Below, in pieces: positions 1-12,658 of a DNA stretch of 64,000 nt (positions are counted from its first letter, which is position 1; each line of letters starts with the position of its first letter). The notes under the pieces were generated by a model that searched no databases, was not told the origin of the DNA, and saw only the letters and a program-made list of their open reading frames with translations. Both the position numbers and the translations under genes were made by a program. Origin of the DNA: Lama glama. Its lineage: Eukaryota. The DNA is taken from the NCBI GenBank assembly GCA_028534125.1, contig CM052816.1, positions 92,940,001-93,004,000 of the forward strand. Direction: 5' to 3'.

Positions 1-128
1 CGTTTTATAGTATACAAACTGTGTTGCCTTTCCATATCTGAACATTTTTTTTTAATGAACTTCAGAAAGGGTGAGAATTCTGAAATCCATCTGGTTCCTA
101 AGGTTTTGGATAGGGAATTGTGGACATA
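1..128 (-). mobile_element. MER46C-like Tigger (Tc1/mariner) MITE fragment, truncated by window edge
   Basis: gaattctgaaatccatctggttcctaaggttttggatagggaattgtggac is the reverse complement of the MER46C-type end and resembles the copy at 60497-60759. Confidence 0.65.
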
Positions 129-138
129 AAAATTGTAT

Positions 139-860
139 ACAGGTGGCTGATAAGCACATGAAAAGGTGGTGAACATGATTAGCCACCAGGGAACTGGAAT
201 GAGTTACCACCTCACACCCAATGGAACGGCCGTAATTTAAAAAAAAAAAAAAAGCCGCCAGAACCAAGTTCTGACAAGGACGTAGGGACACTAGAACCTC
301 ATTCACTGTCGGTGGGAGTGTAAACTGGTGTAGCCACTTCAGAAAACTATCTGGCAGTTCTTCGAAAAGTTAAACACAGCCACCATAAGACCCAGCTACT
401 CTCCTCCTGGATATATATCTGAGAGAAATGAAACTTATGTCCACACAAAAGTCTGTGTGCAAATGTTCATGGCAGCACTGTTCATGGCAGCCCCAAAACT
501 GGAAACAACTCAAATGTCCCATCAATTGATGGATGTATAAAGAAAATGTATATCCGTGCAATGGGGTATTATTCAGCTGTAAAAGGAATGAAGCACTGAT
601 GCAACATAGATGACTCCTGAAAACATTCTGCTACATGAAAGAAGCCAGTCACAAAAGGCCACAGATTTCATGATTCCATTTATATAAAAAATGTCCAGAG
701 TAGGCAAATCCCTGGAGACAGAAAGTAGATTCGTGGTTGCCAGGGATTGAGAGAGGGTGGAATACACTAAAAAACACTGTGTTGTGTACTTTAAATGGGT
801 GAACTTTACAGTGTGTGAATGATGTCTCAATAAAGCTGTTTAAACAGAAATAAATAAAAA
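139..860 (+). mobile_element. Old L1 (L1MB-like) 3' end
   Basis: Degenerate ORF2 C-terminal motifs (ggtgggagtgtaaactggtgtagccact, aaactggaaacaactcaaatgtcc), L1MB 3'UTR (aggcaaatcc...gtggttgccaggg), aataaa and A-rich tail. Confidence 0.9.
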
Positions 861-921
861 TTGAGTCTGATAGTTACAGCTGTGGCTAATTCAGAACAAG
901 GCAGGAGAGTGTCAGGGCATG

Positions 922-1249
922 TGCTATGGACTGAATGTTGGAGTCCCTGCAAGATTCGTAAGTTGACATCCTAACCCCTAAGGTGATGGGAGGAAATGAA
1001 GCCTTTGAGCGCTGAATAGGTCATGAGGGTGGTGCCCCCATGAATGGGATTAGTGCTGTCATGAAAGAGGCTCCACAGAGCTCCCTTGCCTGTGAAAAGA
1101 CAGCCGTCCAGGAAGAAGAGCCTCACCAGTCTATCGACACCAGGATCTTGGACTTCCCGGCCTGCAGAACTCTAAGAAACCAATGCTTCTTGTTTATAAG
1201 CCACCTACTTTATAGTATTTTGTTGGAGCAGCCCGAAAGCACTAAAATA
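922..1249 (+). mobile_element. MaLR solo LTR, MLT1A-like
   Basis: Starts tgctatggactgaatgtt; contains catgaatgggattagtg, atcttggacttcccggcctgcagaact, tgtttataagccacc. Confidence 0.85.
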
Positions 1250-1779
1250 GCATCTTGGGACATTCTTAGGCCCTCCATAAAGGATGAAAAGGGGAAACTG
1301 GCCAGAAACAGGCTGCTGCAGTAGTAGAAGCCTCAGAGGGATTCCTCCCAGTGGGCAAAACACGCCAACGGCCATGAGAGTCAGAGGTCTGACCACACAC
1401 CTCACCGTCCTCAACCGACAGGCCTTGTGGGTCCAGCTGGGGATCTCCCATGGCAGGCGCTGTCCTTGACCAGCCACAGGGCACGCTGCTCTCCCTCCAC
1501 TAGCCAGAAGGGGCGTTAAGATCTTTCCTGCAGCAGGTGTACGTGGCAGTTGCTCCCCTTGAGCTGCACAGTCTTACAGAGGGTGTGCATCTGGTGGTTC
1601 ATTCACTCCTCAGTCAAGAAGCGAAGAAGTTCAAAGTAGCAGGAGAGGATCATAACTAAACCCACAGAGGAGGGGACCTTCCCAGAGATTGTGGAATGTG
1701 AGGCAAACAAGCAGCTCTTGGGACAATTTCTGGTTACGGTGGTTGAGTTGTGGGCCTGGAGCTCGACAGGGAGGAAGCC

Positions 1780-1965
1780 AGAGGAATAAACAGTCCAGCT
1801 CTCTTCTCCCGCCCTCCATCTGCTGCCCGTGCTTCCCAATGGCTGCACCCAACCAGGAGCAAGAGCAAGGGAGGCTGTGGATGAGTCCACCCCTGTCAGC
1901 CTCCTGAGGACAGAGCAGAGTGAAGAAAGGTGGAGAGCTCATCAGGTGGGCAAAGGAGGGCAGCC
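1780..1965 (-). mobile_element. ERVL LTR fragment, LTR33-like
   Basis: agcaagggaggctgtggatgagtccac...gtcagcctcctgaggacagagcagagtgaagaaaggtggagag resembles the LTR33 end as I recall it. Confidence 0.45.
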
Positions 1966-3424
1966 CAGGCAACCAGGAAGTGGCTCCAGGCTTTGGAAGT
2001 CAGACATCAGCCAACACTCATCACCTGTCTGAGCCCGACCCTGTGCATGGAGCTCTAAGAGACAAGACGTAGTTGTAAGGATAAGACCCAGTCACTTGAC
2101 AAGACAATTGTGATTACGAAACAGAATATGTGTTCAGTTAGGTAGAAGACACAATAAATGCCAAAGGAACTCAGAGATGTAAGAAACCCCTCCTTGCAGT
2201 GGGGTGATAAGGGAAGAATTCCTGGGTCGGAATTTTATTGCTTTCGGTCAAAGGCCAAGACTCATAGAACAAAGAACAAATACAATGTGATGTTTTAAGT
2301 AAATTATGGCTATGCACATGGAATAAAGAGAAACTGAGCTTCCTAGCATAGACGAGGTTGATCTCTGACCAAGGACACGGTGGGCAGATCAGATGTGTCT
2401 GGATGACACTTTGTGGCTTTGAACAACTGTCCTCTCTCACGTTGCAGTATCCTTTACAGCAGTAGCCAGCAGCCAAGATCTCACCACATGGGTGGAGACG
2501 TTACCTCCACCTCTCTTCCAACCTGCTCCATGGTGCCAAGGTTCTTTCTCAAAGAAGAGACTCAAGAAAATAACTCCCACGTGCAGGAGGAAGCTCTGGT
2601 TTGGGTTCTTTCAGCAAGACTCTTCTCTGTTCAGCTTCTCCCAGCTCTTCACACCCTCAGAGAAGCAAGAAAAGGAACTACTATCTATTGCCTGAAATAC
2701 TATGTTATCTGGATTCTTCCAAGGTAGTGGGACAGGAAACCACTTAAAAGCCATAGTTTTTCATCCATTCCCTCCCTTCCATCCCAGTCCCCACCTTCGT
2801 GACACCTTGGTGACGGGTCTTCTTGCTTTCCTGTCTTCTCCCCTTTCTCTGACATTACCTACTTGGTGTCCCTGTATTTTTCTCTTTCCTGAGATAGAAT
2901 CCAATGAGAAGGTGAAGGTGAGACCATGTTGAACTACAGGGGAGCAGTAAGTCACACATAACTAGAGCTCCCCAATCTAGGATCTAAAAACTACCCTAGA
3001 TGGAAGATGCCCAGGTTATTTTACCTTGGAGTCCTCCAGAAAGAATGAAGATCTAACATGATGTGTTCTGCCCTCATTGGGATTCATCTGCATTGGAAGA
3101 TGCTGGCCTCCTGTTATTTAATTTCCCTTTAATAAATAAAGACCCATGTGCTGACTGTTTTAGGACTTGGTAGTAGGAAAGTCTGTCTCTGCTGACAGAT
3201 GGTTGTGCTTCCTTTTATGAGCTAAAGCAAACTGTAGAACTCACTGTGTTTCTTTTTATTCCTTGGAAGTTGAGATGCTCAGAGTTATGTGCTTATTTGC
3301 ATCAGTTTTACAATAATCTACTCCCCTTTGTTACATGGCTTTTATTCTTTTATTGTTATTATAGAATTTTTTACTTCTCTAGTTCTCCTAAGCTTCCTCA
3401 AGTTCTTTTCTGAAGAAGGTTGGG

Positions 3425-3530
3425 GATAGATGGATAGTTGGATGAATGGGTGGTTGGATGGATGGATGGATGGATGGATGGATAAGTAGGCAGGCAGATG
3501 ATACATAGATAAATAGATGGATGGACAGAC
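3425..3530. repeat. (TGGA)n microsatellite, degenerate flanks
   Basis: Direct reading: ...tggatggatggatggatggatggatgga... Confidence 0.95.
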
Positions 3531-3675
3531 AAACCAGTTGGACTGAATTGTGAATAAGGGAAAGACAGCCTCCAGCACAGTTCCTCTCCTGGATCTTCCT
3601 TTGTATGCCATGGACCTACCTTCTTTTTCAAAGATCCAAATCTTTCTATTTTAACCAAAATTGTCTTGATAGGCT

Positions 3676-3880
3676 ATGTAGCACAGTAGCGAAGAATATG
3701 GCTCTGGAATCAGCATCAGATACAAACTCCAAGTAGCTACTGTATCTGTGTAAATACAAGACGCTTACCCTTGGTTTCCTCATCTGTAAAATGAGTATAA
3801 TAGTATTTTCTGTATCATACAGTTGTTTGAGGTTTCAATTAGATAATACATGTAAATTGCTGAATATGGTCTACATAACA
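3676..3880 (+). mobile_element. MIR SINE
   Basis: MIR core ggtttcctcatctgtaaaatgagtataatag...gttgtttgaggtttcaattagataatacatgtaaa. Confidence 0.85.
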
Positions 3881-4386
3881 CAAAAGATAACATTGGTTAT
3901 AAGAATAACATTGGTTATTATAATTCCTCAATTATGTGACCTCCTTCTTATCTTCTTTGATCCTTTCCTCTCCACGTGCTCATCATCATATGTTTGGACA
4001 ATCACGGTAGCCTTTTAACTTGCCTTAGAATTAAGAATCTTACAGCTGAAAAGGATGGCCTAACTCAACACCCCGTTTTACCAAAATAAACTAGGGACTT
4101 GACAAGAGAAGTGTCATGCCTATGTGACACAGCCACAACATGGACTTCAGCAGATGGAGGCACTTGGCAATGTCTAGGTATAACTGGTCAACCGTAGGGC
4201 ACTTTAAATCTTTAAGGAACCACCTGGGAGGAGAACTCAGCTGTTCTTGCTTCAAGGGTATTCCTACATACAGGTGGGTGGCCTGTTGGTACAGCCTATC
4301 TGAGGAACCACTGGTGTCAAGACTCAGCTACTGGAAAGAAGGATCCAAGTGTGAGGAGCTCAGACCAGGAGCAAAACTGTAGGCAG

Positions 4387-4517
4387 AGAATGAAAATTTG
4401 GAAAAGATAATGGGCTTCAGTCCAGCCTCCTGGTTGCAAATCTGGATTCCAAGAATGAACATTTGAAAAAGAATGGGCTTTAGTCCAGCCTCCTGGATGC
4501 AAGTCTGGATCCCAAGA
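4387..4517. repeat. Two-copy tandem duplication, unit about 65 bp
   Basis: 4387-4451 vs 4452-4514 align with 6 substitutions and one 2-bp gap. Confidence 0.92.
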
Positions 4518-5514
4518 CGAGTGACAACCATATGAAAACTGAAGGAGCTGGCCACCAAATCTGTTACATGTTGGGATTCAAGTAATGTGTAGCTATGAGA
4601 CCCCTTAATGCCCAGGGAATGTGGTCCTCTCTCCCCATTCTCCTGCAGCCCACAGCCTGGCTTCTGCCTCCCCAGGAAAGATCATGGCATCAGGGGGGTG
4701 TTGTGCTGGACACGGGCAGGGCCTCCTAAACCTGATGGGGGGGAGGGGCACACACCTGTGAGAGCCTTTGGAACTCCTTGGGGCAGAGGGCTGCTTTGCA
4801 AGACCTTGAGCCCTTGTGTGATCCTAGTGAGTTGTCAACAAGCCAGTGAAAGTTACATATTCATGATGCTGGGATGATGACTTGTCTCTGCAGGTACCTG
4901 AAGGCAGGGAAATCTGGGGGAGAGTCACAAAGAAGTAGAAGCTCTGCCTCAGGGGAGGGCTCATGTTCCAGACCTTCTCCACACTTCAGCGTCGCCACAA
5001 GCCCCAGTCATTGCTCCTTGGACCACAGCCCAGGATCTTCAGGGAGCACAGACGGGGTTGTGCCACTCCTTGAAAACCTTTGACTCAACGCCCTGCCCTT
5101 TGGAATGCTCTTCAGACTGCATGACATTAGAGCTCCACCTTGTCAGTGTCCCAAACCTCAGGATCTCCTGGAGCCTTTATTGCAAACCCACATTTTGGAG
5201 CCTGTTCTAAGCAGAATGTCTGAGGGTGTCCCCACAGTTCCCAGGCCTTGATATCCATCCACATCTGGTGTAGGATCCAGGCAGGAAGGCCCCTGGAACG
5301 CCAGGACCCAGTCAGGCCAGGATCTCAGCCACTTACGCAAATAGGGCTGGCAGGGTGCAGCCAGAGAGCATCCGCTCTCCCAGTCTTCCACCAAAACTGT
5401 GCTCACCACAGGACCTTTGCTCCTGATGGTCTGAGGTGAGCATCCCCCTCACCAACTCTACGCTTTCTCATCACTCTGTTCAGAATCATTTCTCCTTATA
5501 ATCCAATGAGACGT

Positions 5515-5648
5515 TTAAATGCCTGTCTCTCCCACTAGCTCCTTGAGAGCTGAGACTAGCCCAGGCTTTCTTTGTATCCTTCGCTGTATCTGGTATGCTG
5601 CTTCACAGATTTAGTAAGTGTTCAAAAAAATGCCTGTTGAAATAACGA
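5515..5648 (+). mobile_element. L2 3' end remnant
   Basis: ctgtctctcccactagctccttgagagc...tagtaagtgttcaaaaaaatgcctgttgaaat. Confidence 0.65.
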
Positions 5649-6103
5649 GTTGCAGAATCTGATTTTTGGCACTTATTTTTAAGTAGGAATGTTAGTCAAG
5701 CTATTGCCTCCCACAAGACGATTTAAACCTTTTCTCCAATTATGCAACTGAATGTTCTAAAGAGGTTTCCCACATTAGCAGGCACCGAGGAGTTTGTAGG
5801 AGACTTGGAGGCCCTTCCCAGAGCCAGCGTGGCCCTGACTTTCTGCAAGCCACATTCCTTTCCTAATGTTCCCCTTGAAAAACAAAGAAAAGAGCAAAGG
5901 AAAATCTACCAAGCCAAGACTTTTTAGTGGCCAGTTGAAACCCAGTCCAACCACGCTGCTTTTCTAAGCGCCTCTCTTTTCCTTGCCCCTGATTATGGCC
6001 TCCAAACCAACAGCCAAAAATATAAGATGTGGGAAAACTTGAGTAAGAACAAAACTGGAATTTCAGTCTTTGGGGGAATAAAGCTTTTGTTGGTGGTGGT
6101 GTC

Positions 6104-6129
6104 TTCTCTCTCTCTCTCTCTCTCTCTCT
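6104..6129. repeat. (CT)n microsatellite
   Basis: Direct reading. Confidence 0.95.
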
Positions 6130-6337
6130 ATTAAATCTCAAGACTTATCAGGTGGTAGCTAAGTCGATCAATAGATATTTATTGAGCCCTATTCTGTGAC
6201 ACATATTGTGCCTCTAGTGATTTTATGCTGTGGACCATCATTTGCATGTCAATGTTGTTAAAAAACATTTCTGCCTATTGAGAAAAAACTTCTTCAAGGC
6301 TAGTGAGGAATCACCTAACTCATGTGAAATTTTATTC

Positions 6338-6812
6338 TGTGATGGATTCTGTTAAAGCCGGCCAGGGTCCATTTTTTTCTTCTTCAAAGGCCCACAGACT
6401 ACAATTCCCAGACTTCCTTGCAGTTAGATGGGGCCATGTGACCATATTCTGTCCAATGTGATATGTACACTCCTCTTTGTGGACCTCTATTCTCCATCCC
6501 CCATCCACATCAGCCCTGGTGGCAACATGTCCTAGATGGTAAAGGTACAAGATGGAGCAGAGCTACCCAATTGGAAATGGACTAGGATGTTAGTGAAATA
6601 CACTTTTACTTTTGTTAAGCCCTCAAAACTCAAGGGTCTATTCGTTAGCACAAATTTTTATTTAAAAAAATTGGGGGGAGGTAATTACATTTGTTTGTTT
6701 TTTTGTTTGTTTATTTATGGAGGTATTGGGGATTGAACCCAGGACATCATGAGCATGGGCTCTACCACTGAGCGATACCCTCCCCACCCCTAACAACCTT
6801 TTGACTAATGTG
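6338..6812 (+). mobile_element. Old MaLR LTR (MLT1I/J-like), interrupted near its 3' end by a SINE
   Basis: ttcccagacttccttgcagttagatggggccatgtgaccatattctgtccaatg; ttttgttaagcc; resumes with tgactaatg after the SINE. Confidence 0.7.
6655..6785 (-). mobile_element. tRNA(Ala)-derived SINE, camelid Vic-1-like
   Basis: Reverse strand reads ggggagggtatcgctcagtggtagagc...gggttcaatccccaatacctcc-ataaataaac...taattacctccccccaa-T7-A-rich; A and B boxes visible. Confidence 0.85.
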
Positions 6813-9230
6813 TATCTTTTCTTCAGTTTAGAATTGTTCAGTTTGTTGGTGGGTTGGTTGGTTTAAATTCTTTCTGAAGGACCATGTCCTTCTTCTTCAT
6901 TCATGAATATGGCTCAGCGAATCATCCTGAGAAGAAATACACATGCCCTAGACACCAATGCTCTGGCCCAGCTTTTTTATTGGCTTTCTGTGGTCTGACC
7001 CCAGCTCGATTCCTTGCTAGTCTACTGGCCCCAAACCTCACAAGGCATGTTTTTATGGCTTTGTTTCTCGTATCTTCCCCTAGGAAGCTTATCAAGACCT
7101 TATTTCAGCTTCTAAAGCCTAGCTTATTCTAAAATGAGCTAATGAAATGAAATTAAACCCTATGGACATTTAGCCTTACCCTCCTGGAGTGTTCATTGTA
7201 ACAAAACTCCTTAAGAGAGTTGTGTAGTCTGGTCTCCACTTCCTCACCTCCTGTTCTCCCCCTAGTCTGCTGCAGGGTGGCCTCCCTCTGCAGCACTCCA
7301 TGGCTCCCTACTGCTCATCTTAATCGTCAATGTGGCAGATGAGATCTGGTTCATGTTTCCCAGCAGCCTCATCTTTACTGTCTCCACGTTACTGAGCTAC
7401 TTGTCCTTTGCAAGTGCATTTCTCCCCCAGTCACATGAGACTTCCCCCAGAGAAGCTTCCCTCAGCCCCCAAAGCACGTACAATAAATCTCTTAGCTGTC
7501 TGCATGGAGTCCCAGCTTGAATGCTATCCTATTGCCATCACGGTATTATAATTTCCTGTGCATGTGTATGTGCCTCCCAGCTGAGCGGGGGGTGTGTGGT
7601 GGGCTCTGTGTTGTACCACCAGGACTTGCCTTCAATAAAAGATGTGTTGCTGCAGCTGCTGGGAAAACTGTCAGCAGACAGCCTTCAGTGGTCACCCACT
7701 TCAGGGAGCCTCTCTGTTGAAGAAAGCGGTCTTGCCCAAGGTCATACCCATTCCTGTGGCAGCCTGTATCCAGACCAGTGAAGGGGGCTAAGGGCCTGGC
7801 CGTCTGAGCCAAACTGAGGACGACGCTGATGGGCTATTCTGACTCCTTGATGCTGGCTGAGACCATCACCGGGCCTGCCTTGCAGCTGACAAATTCTGAC
7901 AGCCCTTCATGTTCCTGAAAATTGGACAGGGCCATTCACCAGAGGCAAAGGGTCATTCTCTCTGGAAGTAAGACATGAAGGTAGAAATGAAGAAACTAGT
8001 TGTGTTGTAATAACTGTCATGTGATCCTCAAATTAGGTAAAATTAAGTCTGGATTAAGCAATGCCCTTGTGAGATAATATAAATTGGTTCTCCCATCTTG
8101 AAGTAAGCTAGTTTCTGAACAAGGTTGGGTTTCTGCTCCAACTGTTATATTTTGACATGTGTCTCTGTGACTGGTCTAGGGCCAGCTAACATCTGTTTCA
8201 CTTAAATACTGTAACTGACTTCAGTAAACTTTATTTTTCAAAAATGTGCAGGTGAGGATTGTACTCTGAGCATTAAAGTCCCATGAAATCACAGGTGTTG
8301 GCATATTAACACCTGTTCTTTGGTTCTTTTAAAAAAGTGATTTGAGTTTGGTTCTTTTAAAAAAGTAACAATTTCCAAGACCAAATGAAAACAAAGAATG
8401 ACTATTGGAAAACTGGAAAACAAGGTAATTCTAAGGGCTGAGGAGAGTTGACTGCCCTGGTGTTGGGTTTCATCTTCCTTCAAGTTCTGTCATTAGAGAC
8501 ACATTCTGAGAATCCTCTGTCTGAAGTTAAATACTTCAGGTGACAATATAACCGATCATTGTTAAGATTTTTAAAAAAGTGGTCGAAATGCAGGACTTTC
8601 AGAGAAAAATAATTATAATCTGATGGGTGTGACAGAGGCCCATTGACCTCTTATTGACCAGTGTTTCCCTCTGGCCGTAACCATGTCTCATATTACTAAG
8701 AGTGTCACGTTCTTAGTTACATCCTTGGAGAAACAACCTTTTAATGTGAATCCTTGCAGATCGAGGACCATTTCTGTATCCCTACTCTCATTCACTCCCT
8801 CAGTGCACAGCTATTCAGCATCTGTGTTGTGTTGTGTTGTGTGCAACCGGTGTAGGATGTAAAACGAGAGAGAGAAAAGATTATCTCCCATACTCATTCA
8901 TTCCTTCACTCAACTGATATGAGCATTTCTTGTGTTATTTGCAAGATGTATAGGATTAAAAAAATCATTCATGGATTCCGATTTGAATGAGATTAGAGTC
9001 TAGCAGAGAAAAAAATATGTATTTATCAATAATAGGCTATAAGAAGAAAGTGGTGGTTGACACAAGATTAGCCGTCTGGAGGAGATAGAGTCTGTCTGGC
9101 CAGAAAAGATGACACCATCTAGACAGTGACACCTCTTCTCTTGAGCAGGTGAATGGGGCATGGCCAGATGAGCCTGAGACTTGGGGGACACTTGGGGAAA
9201 TCAACTCCTCTCTCCAAAGCATGTGATCTT

Positions 9231-10640
9231 TTTTACATTTTATTTATTTAATTAATTAATTTTTTAGTTGAAGTATAGTTGGTTTACAATGGTGTGTTAA
9301 TTTCTGGTATACAGCATAGTGATTCAGTTATACATATACAGTCCTTTTCATATTCTTTTTCATTATAGGCTATTATAAGATAAGGAATATAGATCCCTGT
9401 GCTATATAGGAGGGCCCATTGATTATCTATTTTTTATATAGTGGTTAGTATCTGGAAATCCTGAGCTCCCTATCTATCCCTCCACCCCACATCCTCCCCG
9501 GGTAACCATAAGTTTGTTTTCATGTCTGTGAGTTCGTTTCTGTTTTGTAAACATTTTGTAAATATGACATAAATAAAAATATGTCACTTTTTTTGAAGAT
9601 TCCACGTTTAAGCGATACCATATGGTATTTTTCTTTCTCTTTCTGGCTTACTTCACTTAGTATGACAATCTCCAGGTCCATCTATGTTGCAGCAAATGGC
9701 ATTATTTTATTCTTTTTTATGGCTGAATAGTATTCCATTGTGTGTGTATAAAATATATATTGTTTATTTATATAATTATATATATAGTTTATATATATAT
9801 ATATATGTACACACACACACGTCACAACTTCTTTATCCAATCATCTGTCAATGGACATTTAGGTTGCTTCCATGTCTTGGCTATTGTAAATAGTGCTATG
9901 AACATTGGGGTGCATATATATGTTCTAATTAGAGTTTCCTCTGTATATATGCCTAGGAGTGGGATTGCTGGATCATATGGTAAGTCTATCTTTAGTTTTT
10001 TTAAGGAATCTCCATACTGTTTCCATAATAGCTGCATCTAACTACATTCCCACCAACACGTAGGAGGTTTCCCTTTTCTCCACACCCTTTCCAGCATTTA
10101 TCATTTGTAGACCTTTTAATGGTGGCCATTCTGTGTGAGGTGATACCTTATTGTAGTTTTGATTTGCATTTCTCTGATAATTAGTGATATTGAGCATTTT
10201 TTCATGTGTCTTTTGGCCACTTACATGTTCTCATTGGAGAAATGTTTGTTCATGTCTTCTGCCAGTTTTGGTTTGGGTTTTTTTTTTATTGAGTTGTACA
10301 AACTGTTTGTATATTCTGGAAATTAAGCCCTTGTCAGTCGCATCGTTTGCAAATATTGTCTCCCATTCTGTAGATTGTCTTTTTGTTTTGTTTACAGTTT
10401 CCTTTGCTGTTCGAAAGCTTATCAGTTTCATTAGGTCCCATTTGTTTCTTCATTTATTTCTATTGCCTGGGTAGACTGCCTAGGAGAACATTGCTAAGAT
10501 TTATGTCAGAGAAGGTTTTGCCTACTTTTTCTTCCATGAGGTTGCAGTGTCTTGACTTATGTTCAAGTCTTTAAGCCATTTTGAATTTATTTTTGTCTAT
10601 GGTGTGAGGGGGTGTTCTAACTTCATTGATCTGCATGGGG
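9231..10640 (-). mobile_element. 5'-truncated cetartiodactyl-type L1 (ORF2 C-terminus plus 3'UTR)
   Basis: Minus-strand ORFs 9822-10037 (LKKLKIDLPYDPAIPLLGIY...KTWKQPKCP) and 10231-10431 ([28 protein letters not shown]) are L1 ORF2; degenerate 15-bp TSD at 9216-9230 / 10641-10655. Confidence 0.95.
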
Positions 10641-10779
10641 AAAGCACATGCTCTTGACCTCACTTCCATAAGCCTTTTTTTCTTTCAAACCATAATAGCT
10701 AAGTAACTTCCCAATACAGGTAACACCATGGGCAGACTTTTACCAATCACAGATGAGACAGTGTTAGGTGGAGAGCGAG

Positions 10780-10955
10780 TAATATGGGGCTTTTTAGTTA
10801 GACAGAACTGGCTTCCAATGCTATGTCTGCCATCTTCTAGCTTCTAGGCCCTTGAGTAAATTACTTAATTTTTCTAAGCCTCAGTTTCTTCATCTGTAAA
10901 AGGAGTCCATAACCCAGTGTCAGAGCCCATGAGGATTACATGGGAAGCATGTAGC
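10780..10955 (+). mobile_element. MIR SINE
   Basis: cccttgagtaaattacttaatttttctaagcctcagtttcttcatctgtaaaa core. Confidence 0.85.
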
Positions 10956-12498
10956 TTCTAGCTTTGCACCTTTGTATGGAAACATTATTTCTCCCATACT
11001 TTTTTTAGACAAAATCCCCCAACTCAGTTAAGAGATTTAATATAGATTGGACACAACTTAAAAGAGGAAGAGAAATTTTCCAAAAAGCTCTTCATGGAAG
11101 ATCTAGTCTTCCTGATGGCTTTGAAGGATCTCAGAGTCTTGGCTCTGCCTTGGCTAGCATTTAGCCTAGCATGTCTTAGTTATTTAAATTTTCTCTGCCT
11201 TAGACTGTCCTCTATACAACAAAAAGCACAGTACACTTACTCACACTTTGGTAACTCTAAGGTCTGAGGAAGTCTTAAATGGGATATTAAGCCCTGCTAT
11301 TAAGTATGTACAAAGGTAGCGTTGATACATGTCTAGATGGTACCATATGGGGGCTGCATTCTTGAGGATGCCTTGGGTGAATGGTGCACCTGGTTACCTG
11401 GCACTGGCCTTATCCCCAGTACTATGGTCCGAGCCCTTCCTGGCTGGGGTGGTGGACACACAGGGATGGGGTTCACGTGTGGCAGGGTTCTTGGTACACC
11501 TACAGGCTGGCGACTGCCCGGTTGGCTCCTGGAGATGCTGGTCCTTGGTTTTCAGTGCTGGGAGGGTCGAGGGGTGGGGGTAGAAGAGGAGTAGCCCCAA
11601 CGAGGTTTGGGGCAACAGCCTCTGCCCCCCAGTGTGGAAGTATGTCATCATTTTAACAGCAGATACACTTCTAGTAGAGCCTGCTTTCCACATATCAGCC
11701 CTATGCAGGATGCCTGCCAACGCTCTTCCATGCTAAATGTCCTTTACGCTTTTGCAAAGTAGTACATTCTGGGCCCCCAGCTCTGACCCTCACCCTTTAT
11801 AGTGGACACCAGCCCATGGCCATGGCCTCAGGGAAGCCAGCAATAGGGAGCCTCCTCTACCTTAGGATGCCCTTCAGCCTGCAAATTAGACTCTGTTATC
11901 ACAATCTCCTTCCCATGTTTCTTTAACTGTATTTCCTTAGAGGAGATGTTTAGATATGTCAGCTCTAGAAGTCCACTCGTGGTGGTATAGGAAAAATGCT
12001 TGTGTTAGTTTTTGTTTTAACCTGATTTCCCTTTCCTCTTTTTAGAAGGTTTTTTTTTTTTTTTTTTTTTTTTTTAAGGAACCACCTCCTCTCCCAGCCC
12101 TGAGTAAAAATAAAGAGCCTCAGGCTGAACCCATCAAGCGTGAGGTCATTTCCAGTTTTAATCCTGGAGAGCAGGAGCTGGATCGCGGTCCATGCCAACA
12201 CCCAGGCCTGACCCTTTGCCCTAGTGGCCCACTTCAGGGACCATAGCATCTGTCATATGAAGGCTTCTGATGAGCTGCAGAAACTGTTAAGAGAAAGCTG
12301 TCGACAGCAGCTTTGAGGTGATTTTTATTTTCTGATGCCCCTCGGACACCCCTGTCTCCCTCCCACATGCTTGTCCTCTTCACCCAGCGTGCTCTGCATG
12401 CTGACGTCAACCATCTGCCAAAGGCACTGACACAGTGAGCTGCACTGAAAGCCCGCTCCCCATTGTGAACAGTTTATATACTTTTAAAACTCATTCTT

Positions 12499-12658
12499 GG
12501 GGGAGAGGGGTATAGCTCAGTGGTAGAGCGTCTGTTTAGCATAGGTTCAATCCCCAGTACCTCCATTAAAAATAAATAAATAAGCCCAATTACTTCTCCA
12601 AATAAACTTTCTACTTAAGTAAACGAAATAAATCCCCTTTGTTTAAAAAAAAAATCAA
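12499..12658 (+). mobile_element. tRNA(Ala)-derived SINE, camelid Vic-1-like, with TSD
   Basis: ggggtatagctcagtggtagagcg...ggttcaatccccagtacctcc, aataaa repeats, A tail; TSD aaaactcattct at 12486-12497 / 12659-12670. Confidence 0.9.

Noticed and set aside
4387..4517. Repeat pair as a possible CRISPR-like array
   Set aside because: Only two adjacent units with no spacers, in mammalian DNA with no cas genes.
11560..11580. G-quadruplex-type motif gggagggtcgaggggtggggg
   Set aside because: Isolated; such motifs are frequent in mammalian DNA and no promoter context is visible.
12499..12565. tRNA-like sequence with A and B boxes (also 6718-6785 and 41133-41203)
   Set aside because: Internal deletions break the cloverleaf, and AT-rich tails and TSDs show these are SINEs rather than tRNA genes.
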